This document shows positions 13,494 to 27,221 of a stretch of 64,000 nt of DNA, in pieces. The translations under genes and the position numbers were made by a program. How positions within the stretch are numbered: position 1 is the stretch's first letter; each line of letters opens with the position of its first letter. Below the pieces are notes generated by a model. It saw nothing but the letters and a program-made list of their open reading frames with translations, was not told the origin of the DNA and ran no database searches. This DNA is from Octopus sinensis. Its lineage: Eukaryota. The stretch is taken from contig NC_043002.1 in the NCBI RefSeq assembly GCF_006345805.1, positions 41,912,001 through 41,976,000 of the forward strand, in the 5' to 3' direction.

Positions 13494-15873
13494 CTATAGT
13501 TTATCACTTTAAAAATGAGAATATTGAAAATATCACACTTCTAACACAAAAAGTAAGACACAGTATTGACTTGTAAACCTTTTATATACTTGGTGGCATA
13601 TAGTTGCAAAATGAAATACTGTGTCCGTTCTTGTAATTAATACTTACATACCAACTGCCAAAAATGTGTTTATCATGTAAATTGGTTTATCCAGTAGTGT
13701 TACACTGTTAAACTTAGTTGGTGTTTAAGCAATGTGCTTGTGGATAGTTAATGGGTTGGTTATAATGCTGATGAAAGAGCAATAACTCTTGAAATATGCA
13801 TATACATCTATTGCCTATATTTTCTATCTTCAATCCCATTGTTTACATAGACATGTTCATATACAAAATGGTAGTACTAGCTCTGAATTCTATAGAAAAT
13901 CTATAGATTATCACTTAAAATACTTATTTGTGCATTTTTTTAATGTATGTGTTACTGTTTCTTTACCTTGACATTGCTTGATAATTGTGAGTGAGTTTCA
14001 CCATCATGTCAGCAGTGTCCTTTGTTTCCATTCTTCTAAGACATGTGTGGTCATGGGGGAATATTACCTTACTTGGAAACGAGTGAGGGTTGGTGACAGG
14101 AAGGGCATCCACCTAAACAAATTCCTTCTGTTTACATGGAAAAGTGAACTTTAAAACAAGGGTGATGATGTATATGGACATATTAACTTTATAATCATTA
14201 TATATGAAATACATTTGCTTTCATTGTTCATTCTTTCTCCTTTAAGGTTTACCACATCCATTTGCTTTAACCCTATTTGAAGATGAGCTCTACTGGACTG
14301 ACTGGCATACGAAGAGTATTTGGAAAACTAACAAGTTTAATGGTAATCGGGCACAACGTGTACGCAATCACCTTCATTATCCAATGGATATTCACACATT
14401 TCACCCACTGAGACAGCCACAAGGTGAGTGATACTGGATAAATCTGTTGAAAATCTTATAGAGAAAGAAAGAGAAAAGACTTACAGACAAACAAGAGTTT
14501 ATTTGAAATCTCAACATGTGGGATCTTTTGGGGCAATAGTTTTCAACCATATTTTGCATGTGGTCTCTTTGATTCCTATTTTGCTCAGGTGGACCTCCAT
14601 AGCCTTTCAATGTTTAAAAAAATCCTATTATATTTTTATAATGAAGTATTAGGAATTGTACAAAACAAAACAAAAACAAATGTTAAAATTCTGTTATGTC
14701 TGGGGAGAGTCATTTTCATTTTGTGCCTTATTATTTAACACACTCACCAGTAAAATTTCCACTTATTTCTTATTTTTATTTTCCTAAAATTTTCGTTGCG
14801 TGTTGCAACCTTTTCAATTGTTTTGACTCATATAAAGAATCTTGCAAACCAAATCCACAAACGAAATGTTAAAATGTTTTGTGTACTGTAGAAGTATAAG
14901 TGATTTATTGGACATAAATTTTAATTACAAAATCTTATATAGACCCTCATGACGACCCCTGGTTGAGAAACACTGTTTTAGGGGATTGCTCAACCTGCTA
15001 GAAATAGCAACCAAATTTTCTTCAACTCACTCTCATATCTTTAAAAATATATAAAGGATATCCTCCCATCCATCCATTTTTTTAAAGCATTAGAGTGAGA
15101 CTTGAGAGGGATGTGAATACTCTTTCTAGTAGGTCAAACAACATTTTATGAAAGGGTCTCCATACCCCTGAATTCTCAGGATCTTTACTACTACATTAAC
15201 CTATAGATAGGAGAGCCAAATGAATGACATATTTGACTTGGTCAAGAGTTCAGATGTTTCTTATTTCTTTATTGCCCACAAGGGGCTAAACATAGTGGGG
15301 ACAAACAAAGACAGACAAACGGATTAAGTCGATTACATCGACCTCATTGCATAACTGGTACTTAATTTTTCGACCTCGAAAGGATGAAAGGTGAAGTCGA
15401 CCTCGGCGGAAGTTGAACTCAGAACGTAACAGCAGACGAAATACCTATTTCTTTACTACTTACAAGGGGCTAGACACAGAGGAGACAAACAAGGACAGGC
15501 AGACGGATTAAGTCAATTATATTGACTCCAATGCGTAACTGGTACTTAATTTATCGACCCCGAAAGGTGATGGTCTAGGGCTTAGGGGCGGGAGACCCCC
15601 AGATCTTGGGGGGAAAAAAAACTTAGGTCGTCTTGTTGTAGTCAAGGGCTCTTCGTTGACGTCCGACACCACTAGGAGGTGGCCCTTGAAGTTGCTAGAA
15701 ATGGAGATCTCCAGGTCCAAATTCTTGAACAGCACCCAAAAGTACTGCCTGGTGCAGATGGACTGCTCCTATTCCCCACCCACTCCTGCCAGCTACACTA
15801 GTAGTAACATACATTACTGTTTAGTACTATTATTATTTGAATCTCTTTCAGAGATTTTAAAGCCAGTTACATT

Positions 15874-15908
<35 letters not shown>

Positions 15909-15923
15909 CACACACACACACAC

Positions 15924-15954
<31 letters not shown>

Positions 15955-18400
15955 CATATATGTATGTATGTATCTCTGGTTTTGCTGTTTCATTTTTCAG
16001 GTTTCTCATACTAGTAACATCAATTTATCAGTGTGTTATCTTGTTATCTTTCAGAAATAAACAGATGTGGTCTCAACAACGGAGGATGCAGTCATTTGTG
16101 TTTACCAAACAAAAAGAGTTACAGATGCACCTGTCCCACGGGACTTGGTCTTCGCAAGGATGAGAAGACTTGCCGGGATCGTGAGTTTGAATTCTTTAGT
16201 TAAATTTATAATTTCTTTCTTTAAATTTATAACTTTGCAATGTTTTGTTTTCACAATCTTGCAGTGTGGATGTATGATAGAAATAGCTGCCAAATCTTCC
16301 ACAAATTTTACCCTTCATACTTGGGATTATGTAGTCTGATATGATTTGGCTGAGTGTCCCCTATTAAACTCCTTTATGTCAAAGCATTTGCTGACATATG
16401 TTATGTGATTATGATGTCATTCTAGTATGGTGATATAAACTGGAATTATTTATTGGCTTTCTACACAATAACCCTATTAATATTTGATTCAAGAAGAGCA
16501 GCATACTTCAAGCTCTTATGCAGGAATGAAGAAGACTTGTTCTGATTGTTAACTTTTCTATATTTCCTTCATAATGACCTTCTTGAGATAATCATTTATA
16601 GGGTTATTTTGTAGGAAGCCAACAAGTAATTTTGTTGTGTTTAGGGAAGGTCATTTTGCCATTATAATTAACACACACACACACACACACTGGTTAAATT
16701 CCATTCATTTATTATAAGTCCATTGGTTAAATATCTGATTGTTTTTGTTTGTCAAAGTTATTTTGTTGCTTCTTGTAACCTTTTCAATGACTGTTGACTT
16801 GGTACATTATAGAGGCCTGGCTTGTTGTTTGTTTGAGATCTTGAGATACAAAAACAAGTAATTCCAACTTAATCACCATATTAGAATAATTTCATAATCA
16901 CATGACATATGTCTGCAGATGCTTCAATGTAAAGAGGTTTAAATCATTTGCATTCAGATTACTCTGTCTTATTTATTCACATTGCTCTGAATTAACAATG
17001 CATTAACTTCTAGCTTTGAGGTTTTCATGATGTGACTGCTTAATTTTAGAAGGACATTGTAGGCTAGGTGTGAGAGGCTGCATCTGACTGGTTTGAACAT
17101 AAAACACTGAATATCTAGCCCAGATATGGCTGGTTTGGATGCTTAAAGGTTATTAGAGGATGCTCAAACAAGTCATATCACAGTCCAAGAAATATTTAAA
17201 ACAAAAGGCATGATCATCATACCTGAGAGCTAAACAACAATGACGACCCTACTGGATTTGTACTCTATAGTGTCCTTACCAGGATTCCTGTCCATAGAAC
17301 CATTAGATTGAAAGATGTCTGTATACTGCTTCTTATTTCTTTATTGCCCACAAGGGGCTAAACATAGAGGGGACAAACAAGAACAGAAAAAGGAATTAAG
17401 TCGATTCCATCGACCCCAGTGCATAACTGGTACTTTATTAATCGACCCCAGAAGGATGGAAGGCAAAGTCGACCTCGGCGGAATTTGAACTCAGAACGTA
17501 ATGGCAGATGCAATATCGCTAAGTATTTCACCCGGCGTGCTAACGATTCTGCCAGCTTGCTGCCTTCCTGTCTGTATACTGCTTTTAGCAGGGAACTATG
17601 CCCCCCACCAACATGCATATAATTTTCACTTAGGTGGACTTGTATAATGAGAGTTAAGTGTCTTTGCTAATGTATTTCCAGATTGTAGTTCAAATCACTT
17701 CATTAGCCCTTTAACTGCGAATTTAAATTTCATAATTATTACTCTTTTACTTGTTTCAGTCAATTTGACTGTGGCCATGCTGGAGCACCGCCTTTAGTCG
17801 AGAAAATCGACCAAGACTTATTCTTTGGAAGCCTAGTACTTATTCTATTGGTCTCTTTTGCCGAACCGCTAAGTTATGGGGATGTAAACACACCAGCTTT
17901 GGTTGTCAAGCGATGTTGGGGGGATACACACACACAAACATATATATATATATATATATATATACGACGGGCTTCTTTCAGTTTCCGTCTACTAAATCCA
18001 CTCACAAGGCTTTGGTCGGCCCAAGGCTATAGTAGAAGACACTTGCCCAAGGTGCCACGCAGTGAGACTGACCCTGGAACCATGTGGTTGGTAAGCAAGC
18101 TACTTACCACACAGTCACTCCTGCGCCTCATCATTACCGTAATGATGTTGAATATCTACCAAAAATAGAATCGGTATCTTCTGTACTTCTCATTTCCTCA
18201 GTAAACTTGACATATCACAAGAGAAAATAGTTTCAAACATGACATTCCTCTACAAAAGTTAGATATTGGTATGTAAAACTGCTTTTCGCAATTGAGGGTA
18301 ATGAAATTTTGATTTTCGCAGTAAAAGAGAAAAGAGTTAATGTTCTAAGGCAAGGTATTGAATGTTGCAAAAACTCTTCCCCTTCTCTCCCCCCTCTCTC

Positions 18401-18439
<39 letters not shown>

Positions 18440-19277
18440 TGAATCAACAAGACTATCTTTTTATGGATTAGAGAACATACATTTATTTTTCATGTTTTGT
18501 ATTTGGGATAAATATGTTGTCCACTAATACTTAAATCATTTCTCTTCCTTATTTTTTCTTTTTTTTTCAGGAATCGACAATTTTTTGCTATTTTCAACAA
18601 AATCTGATATCCGCCGGATCTCATTTGACACAGCTGAGATGGTTGATATGGTAATCCCTGTTGGTAACCTACAGAATGTAGTTGCTGTTGAATGGGATTC
18701 AAATGCCAACTCAGTCTTCTGGACTGATGTCAGTACTGACACAATTGGCCGTGCTCAATGGGATGGATCTCAATCAGAGGTATAACATATTATTATTATT
18801 ATCATTGATATTATTATTATTATTATTATTATTAAGGCAGTGAGCTGGCAGAATCGTAAGCACACCAGGCGAAATGCTCAACAATATTTCATCTGTATTT
18901 CATCTGCCACTACATTCTGAGTTTAAATTCTGCCATGATCAACTTTGCCTTTCACCCTTTTGGGGTTGATAAATTTGAGTACCAGTCAAGTACTGGAGTT
19001 GATCTAATCGACTAGTCCCCCTCTCCACAAATTCCAGGCCTTGTGCCTATAGCAGAGAGGATTATTATTATTAAGGCAGCAAGCTGGCAGAATTGTTAGC
19101 ATACTTAGCGATATTTCATCTGCCACTAAGTTCTGAGTTCAAATTCCGCCGAGGTTGACTTTGCCTCTTATCCATTCGGGGGTCGATAAATTAAGTACCA
19201 GTTGCCCACTGGGGTCAGTGTAATCAACTGACCCCCTCCCCCAAATTTCCGGTTTTGTACCTATAGTAGAAAGGGTA

Positions 19278-19334
<57 letters not shown>

Positions 19335-20759
19335 GTTATCATCATTATTATTCTTATTAAGTTGGTGAGCTGGCAGAATCATTAGCATACTGAACTAAAT
19401 TCTTAGCTGCATTTCATCTGTCTTTATGTTCTGGATTCAAATACTGCTGCAGTTGACTTCACTGTTCATCTTTTCGGGGTTGATGAAATAACTACGAATT
19501 GAGCACTTGGGGTCAATGTAATCGTTTATCCCCCTCCCCCAAAATTCAGGCCTTGTACCTATAGGAGAAAGATCATTATTATTATTATTATTTTTATTTT
19601 CAGATTATTATTGGCTCCAGTCTCGACAGTCCTGCCGGTTTAGCTATTGACTGGGTAGGAAATAAATTATACTGGACTGACCAAGGGACCAATATTATTG
19701 AAGTAGCAAATTCAGATGGCATGTATAGGAAGGTTCTAATCTGGGAGAAACTTGATAAACCAAGAGATATCGTTGTGGAACCATATGCACGGTAAGAAAG
19801 AATTTTGTAGGATCTACAAAACAAATTACTTGTTTTTATATTCATTCTTTCATTTAGGATCATCTTTTGCAAATCCTCTCATCCATCATCATCATTATAA
19901 CATCCAGTACTTTTTATGTGGCACCATTACTAGTGCTTTTCACATGGCAGCATCAGTAGTGATTTTTATATGGCATCATCACCAATGCTTTTTTTGTGAT
20001 ACCAACACCAGTGTTTTTCTACATAGCACCAGCACTAAGGTCAATGCTTTTATATGGCACTTTGGTTTTTGGATATCAATTCTATCGTGGTGGGCAGGTC
20101 TTCTTGAGTACAGCAGTGCACCACATATCTCATTCCTCTGTAATCTCCTTCGTGAGGTTCAGCATTTTGAAATCAACCTTCAATACTTTGTTCTATGTCT
20201 TCCTGGGTCTCTCTCTTCCACAACTGCCTTCCATTAAGTGATTGGCACTTCTTTAAGCAACTCTCCTCATCCATCCACATCTTGTGACCAAACCAGTGCA
20301 GTCTCCTCTCTTGCACACTGCACACAAATCCTTTTATATCTAACTTTTCTCTAAACACACTAGCACTCTGTTGCACTTGTAGACCATTATTGTTGCTGTT
20401 GTTCTGTCAAATCATTCACTTTATTTTCACTACTTTTTCTCTTTCTTTTTCATTCAAGATATTTATTTTGGACTAACTGGGGACGAGAACCAAAGATCGA
20501 ACGTGCTGGAATGGATGGTAATGGACGAACAGTGTTGGTCAGTAGCAACTTGACCCTCCCGAATGGCCTGTCTGTTGATGTGAAGACTAACCGATTATAC
20601 TGGACAGATGCTGGTACACAAACAATTGAGTCAGCTACCTTAGATGGTCTTTATAGAAAGGTATTTATAACATTAACGTCACTAATTTTCATATACTCTC
20701 TAATTTTACTATATCTTTATCCATCTCAACCCTGCTCTGTCTGTCTCTCTGTCTTTGTC

Positions 20760-20795
<36 letters not shown>

Positions 20796-23700
20796 CTTTC
20801 TCCTTTGTATATCTTTATTGATACACCTGTCTGAAGACTGAAAAGTTGAAACTCATGAATCGATTATATACAACAAAAGCAGTATTAAAATCAAAACAGC
20901 TATCTGTGTATCATACTTTATGTAAATACATCATGAAAAAGCAAAAGTTTATTGCAGTATTCATCCAGAGATACTATCTCTAATTGATTTGTTCTGTTTA
21001 AAAACACTATATAGATTGGCTAGCAGTGGCCAGAACTGAATGGTTTTCATTTGCTCCTGATATTTGTAATTTTAAACATAGCACATCAATGAGAGATAGT
21101 ATCTTTGGACTGCAGTGAATTCGCTTTTTCTCAACATATTTACATTAAGTATGGTATGCACGCATGCACACACATGCACACAACATTGTGTAATAAAATT
21201 AAGAATTTTTTTTTGTTTTTGGTCAGTCAGTGTTATTTCCTATTTGTTTTTATCTAGAAATCGAAGGAAATTATGACTATTCCCTTCAACCTTTGCTATT
21301 GTGACCTGGTCATCAATGATTTGAAACTGACTTATTTTCCATTACATTTCAGACAGATTCAGTACTGAATTGCTGAAGCAGAAATATCATTATAATAGGT
21401 ATTCTGTTGAATACTACAGATTTGCTTGTCATTTACTTGACCTTAACCACTTGAGCATGTCCCTTAGTGGCTGACAAAATGGGCATTTCTGATCAGGAAC
21501 AGGATTAGTTGAGGAGCATCATAGCCATGTGTTGAGAGGGATTCTTTGGGGTTTAAGTAAATGTAACAAAAGCAAAGTTTGAAGGAAATGTTTTCATACT
21601 TTCTAAGGATAAGCAAATAGAAAATAACAGTTGCTACCGAAGTGTAATGAACGTGTATGTATTGCCGGAAAAAATAAATGTATTTAAAAAAAAAAAGCTT
21701 TAGAAATGTAGACACTAATTGAGTTCAAAATAATAAAGATTTCTTGAATAATGGAGCCATCACCCCCAACATAATAATAATAATAATGATAATTATAATA
21801 ATAATGATGATGTTCTAAAAATTCCTATTTTTGCAGGTCATCATTGGTGTTGGATTACCGCATCCTTTTGGTTTGGTTGTATATGGTGAATTTATTTTTT
21901 GGACTGACTGGGATACAAAGAGTGTTCAGATGGCTAGCAAATACAACGGCTCCAACCACCAAACACTAAAGAAAGGACTGGAAAGTGTTATGGATGTTAC
22001 GATATTCCATAGAGGAAGACCACAGCGTATGTATAACATAAGGGAGTGAGTGTGTGAGGTTAGTCGTATGTATGTAGTGTGGGTTTTCTTTTAATGGTAG
22101 GTCATCATAATCATCATCATTATGGGTTTAATGTAATCATCATTATTGGTTTAATGGAATCATCGTCATTATCCTTTACCGTCTGTTTTCCATTCTCACA
22201 TGGGTTGGATAGTTTAACCAGAGCTGAGAAGCTATGCCATGTTCCGGTCTGATTTGGCTTGATTTCTATGGCTGGAGGCCCTCCCTAATGCCAACCACTT
22301 TACAGTGTGTACTGGATACTTTTAATGTGCTACCAGCACGAGTGCTTTTACATGGTGCCATCATGAGTGCTTTTTTTCAAGGCACCAGCACTACTGTATT
22401 TTATGTGGCACTGGCACAGGATTCTTGTAAGTCAACCCTCTTCACCAAGAGAAACGACCTTGCTACTTCTGCTGTGGAGGACTGGTCCTCTTGAATACAG
22501 CAAGGTGCCAGGTATCTCGTTCCTTTGTCATCTTGTCTGAAAGGTTCAGTATTCTGTAATTATCCTTCAGTACTTCATCCCATGCCTTCCTGAATCTCCC
22601 TCTTCTACAAGTTCCATCAACTTTGAGTGAATGGCACTTCTTTATGGAACTGTCAGCATCCATCCACATGAAATGAAAATAAATATGCATAGGTGTAGGA
22701 GTGGCTGTGTGGTAAGTAGCTTGCTTACCAACCACATGGTTTCGGGTTCAGTCCCACTGCGTGGCACCTTGGGCAAGTGTCTTCTACTATAGCCTTGTGA
22801 GTGGATTTGGTAGACGGAAACTGAAAGAAGCCCATCGTATATGTGTGTGTGTGTGTGTATGCTTGTGTGTTTGTCCCCCCCCCCACATCGCTTGACAACC
22901 GATGCTGGTGTGTTTACGTCCCCATAACTTAGCAGTTCGGCAAAAGAAACCAATAGAATAAGTACTACGCTTCCAAAGAATAAGTCCTGGGGTCGATTTG
23001 CTCGACTAAAGGTGGTGCTCCAGCATGGCCACAGTCACATGACTGAAACAAGTCAATGTTGATGTAGTAGCCACTGCCTCTTTCTCTCTTCCTCTCATTC
23101 ATTTGCATCCATCAATGCTCATTGAAGTTAACATGACACTTTCAAGAATCTATACTCATTCTTCTCCACTAATAACCCAGTGACAAAAATATGTGGTCAC
23201 TGAACTTGCAGTCAGATCTTTGAATCACATTCCAACATTTTTAAGTAAGAAAGGACACATTAGGCAATGAAGTTCTGGATAAAATAGAGATGGTTATTCC
23301 TGGGATAGTTTTGATTATCATCAGGTACACTCAGTCAGGTCTGAACAGAGGTTAAACAGCAATGACAATACCACACCATCTTTATCAGCAGCAGCAGTGG
23401 AGGCGCAATGGCCCAATGGTTAGGGCAGCGGACTCGCGGTCGGAGGATCGTGGTTTCGATTCCCAGACCGGGCGTTGTGTGTGTTTTATGAGCGAAAAAC
23501 TCAACGAGGCTCCAGCTGGGGGTGGTGGCGACCCCTGTTGTACTCTTTCACCCCAACTTTCTCTCACTCTTTCTTCCTGTTTCTTGTCCCCGACTTCCTA
23601 CGCAACTGCTGAACCTGGATGCTCTCGGTGTTGGGGGGGGGGTGACCTGCTTTCTCTTCTGCGGGTCTTACGAATAGCAAAGGACCACGTTTCAGACTTC

Positions 23701-26700
23701 TCCCATCTTGCGAGCTCTGGGACGAAGACCGTTCGCTCGCTCAACAGCAGCACCGCCACCATCACCATCATGTTCATCATCATTTATTATCTCCTTTCCA
23801 TGCTGGTGAGCTGCCTCCCAGTAATGGCCTCCTTCTCTATTAAACCACCAATGAAGCCCTTAAGCAGTTTTTCATCTTAGAAATAACAGCCAAATTTCCT
23901 TCATATCACACCTTACTAGCTGTAAAAAATTTAAAGTAGGACATGTTGGATCATGTAGCTATGCTTTGGATAGAAATGGGGATAACAATACTTCTTATGA
24001 GTTACATACAAATAGAGAATTCAAATGGTTGTATGTGTGTACATGAGTATGTGTATGTGTGTAAGCATGCATGCATGTGTGTGTACATAAAAGTGTATAT
24101 GTGTGCATAAAAGTATGTAAGTATATGAGTGTGAGTATAAATATATAAGAGTGTGTGAGTTTATATATGTGTGTATAAAAGTATGTTTATTTTGATTTAT
24201 ACTTGCTTGTATATTGAGCAATATCATCTTCTTGCTATATACTTAGTTCCTTTTGTACCAGCTCAGATATGTGAATCTGTTTATTAGATTACTAAAGAAT
24301 ATTTAAATATTCTTCTTACTGCAATAAAAGTGTAACTCATGGGTTTAAAAAGAAATATTACTAGAAAATGTTACATATGCATTTGAAAGAGAGTTGTATT
24401 AATGTAATGTAAATAGCATGAGACATGCATAGAATATACAACATAGGATACACAACATATGGTATAGGTTATACAGGTTATTTTAATTTTTTATCTTTTA
24501 CTTGTTTCAATCATTGGACTGTGGCCATGCCTTGAAGAATTCAAGCAAATTGACCCCAGTACATATTTTTTAAGCCTGGTGCTTATTCTATTGAACCCTT
24601 TTGCTAAATCACTAAGTTACAGAGCCATAAACAAACCAACAACAGTGCAGAACAAACACAGACACACACATACTTGACAAGCTTCCAACAGTTTCCATTT
24701 ATCGAATCTGCTCACAAGCCTTTAATCAGCTCATGTCTATAATCAAAGACACTTACCCAAAGCACCAGACAATAGAATTGAACCTAAGACCACATGGTTG
24801 GAAAGCAAGCTTCTTAACCCTTTCGTTACTAACCCGACTCTGGCTCTGTAGTACGAATGTCTTGTTTTCATAAGTTTTGCATCAAAATATACCACCAAAC
24901 CTTAGTTGCAATTTATATTCCTAACACTAGCTTAATGATAGCTAAGTTATTTTACTAAATTTGTTGTTATATTTTAAATAATTGAAAGAAACACAGAGCA
25001 TCTCAAAATAAATACGGTAACGAAAGGGTTAATCACACATCCATACCTCACTATATGAATGAGGGAAAATATAAAACCTATGTAACTTTTCCCATGTGTT
25101 GCATATCCAACGTTGTTTACTCCATATTTTATGAAATGATATTTATTTTAGGCTTAATTTATTCTCAACATTGAATTAAATATATATTTTTAGCCTTAAA
25201 GCTTTGCAATGGAATTCTTATCTAAATTGAAATATTTATCACCACTTAAACATAGATGTTTTGTTAGAACAAACTTTACTGAGGAAGATACCATGAGAGA
25301 AACTCTCATGTAGGTTTTTGGTGCAAAATACATGCTTGTTTATATCGCTAATGGGGAGATAAATTCTCACTACCTTCTATACTGAGACCACTGGATCATG
25401 TGATTTCAACCTTCCTTGATGGACACTTGATCACAAGAGACAGCAGTGACTCATCTCCCTGCCAGTGGTATATAGAAAATCAGTGCTGAAACAGGCACAG
25501 GTGTTGCAATTAGCCAGTGATCTTGCTAAATGTTAACAATTAAAATTTATTTTTTGTTATTAAAAACAGAAAAATATTAAAAAAATTTTATGTTATTCTA
25601 TTTAACCACCTGTCTCAGTTTTGCTTTGTCACTTTTTTTTTTTTTTTTTTTACAGTGGATTCTCCTTGTAAAAACCGGAATGGTGGTTGTAGTCACTTAT
25701 GTTTATTAGCACCGGGACCTAGAACTCATACTTGCGCGTGTCCTACGGGAATCTTAATGAAATATGATGAAGTAACATGTGAAAAGGGTGAGTTATTATT
25801 ATTATTATTATCATTATAAAGGCAGCAAGATGGGAGAATCCTTAGCACGCCAGGCAAGATGCTTAGCAGCGTTTTGTCTGTCTTTCCTTTCTGAGTTCAA
25901 ATTCCACTGAGGTTGATTTTACCATTCATCCTTTCAGGGTCGATAAATCAAGTACCTGTTGATCACTCAGTCAATGTAATCGACTTACCCCCTCCCCTAC
26001 AATTTCAGGCCTTGTGCCTATAGTAGAAAAGATTATTATTATTATTATGAGGGCAGCAAACTGGCAGAATCATTAGCATGATGGGCAAAATGCTTAACAG
26101 CATTTCGTCTGTCTTTACATTTCCAGTTCAAATTCTGCTGAGGTTGACTTTGCCTTTCATCCATTTGAGGTTGATGAAATAAGTACGAGTTACGCACTGG
26201 GTTGATGTATTTTATTAGTCCCCAAATTTCAGGCCTTGTGCCTTTAGTAGAAAGGATTGTTGTTGTTTTTGTTGTTGCTGTTGCTGCTGCTGCTCTTGTT
26301 GTTGTTATTAAGGCGGCTAGCTGGCAGAATCGTTAGCACACTAGGCAAAATCCTTAACAGGACAATGCTGGTCCTTTGAAATACAGGTACTGCTCATTTT
26401 TGCCAGCTGAGTGGACTGGGGCAACATGAAATAAACCAAGGTCACAATATGCTACCAGGAATCGAGCACACATCCTTACGATCATGAGTTAAATACCCTA
26501 ACCACTAAGTCAAGCACCTTTGCTACAAAAGATTAAAGATATTTAGGAAACAATTGCTTGTGTCCCAGTTTGAGCAAGATGTATTTCAGTCGATGAAATT
26601 TCTGCACTAAGGGTTCAAAAGCAGCAACAGAAAGAGAGAGAGAGAGAGAGAGAATATTCTTGCCAGACTAAGTATTTGACATTGCTAAGTGACCTTATGA

Positions 26701-27186
26701 AATAACTGAAGGTCAAACATCAAGTTGGATTTCTGATACTATTACTAGTGCTGCTGCAACATTTAAGATCTTAATCTATTCTCCGAAAGAAATACCATCC
26801 AAATTATTCCATTTAAGATATAAACATGTGTGAAGGTGTGTGCCCTGGTGTGGCACTCATGATCACCAGACCATGGTTTCAATTCCCAGACTGGTGGTGC
26901 ATTGTGTTTTTGTGCAAAAAGCTTTCATTTCACATCACTCCAGTCCATTCAGCTGTAAATGGATAACTCTATGACAGACTGGCATCCTATTTAGGGAGAA
27001 CATTGGCCTGCTTGCCTAGCCAGTGAAGTAGCAACATTTGAAAGCTACAACAATGCAAAGAAGTAAGTGCATTGTGATTAGCAGTGTTTAACCACATCCA
27101 ATATAGTCTGATTGATATAGTGTTTTGTGTGTGTGTATCTGTATTGTTTATTATATTCTTATATATATTTTCACACATATTGTTTT

Positions 27187-27221
<35 letters not shown>

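Noticed and set aside
14790-14840. Minus-strand ATGAGTC...TTGAAA, possible hammerhead remnant
   Set aside because: CUG of the core is missing and stem II is unpaired.
20831-20861. Hammerhead-like CTGAAGA...GAAAC with near-palindromic stem III
   Set aside because: Stem II pairs only if the core has lost 3 nt, and stem I does not pair; at most a dead relic.
23400-23475. tRNA gene
   Set aside because: A/B boxes are present, but there is no proper cloverleaf acceptor stem and it continues into a repeated SINE body.
23362-23880. 172-aa ORF
   Set aside because: Reads through SINE family C and flanking microsatellites.
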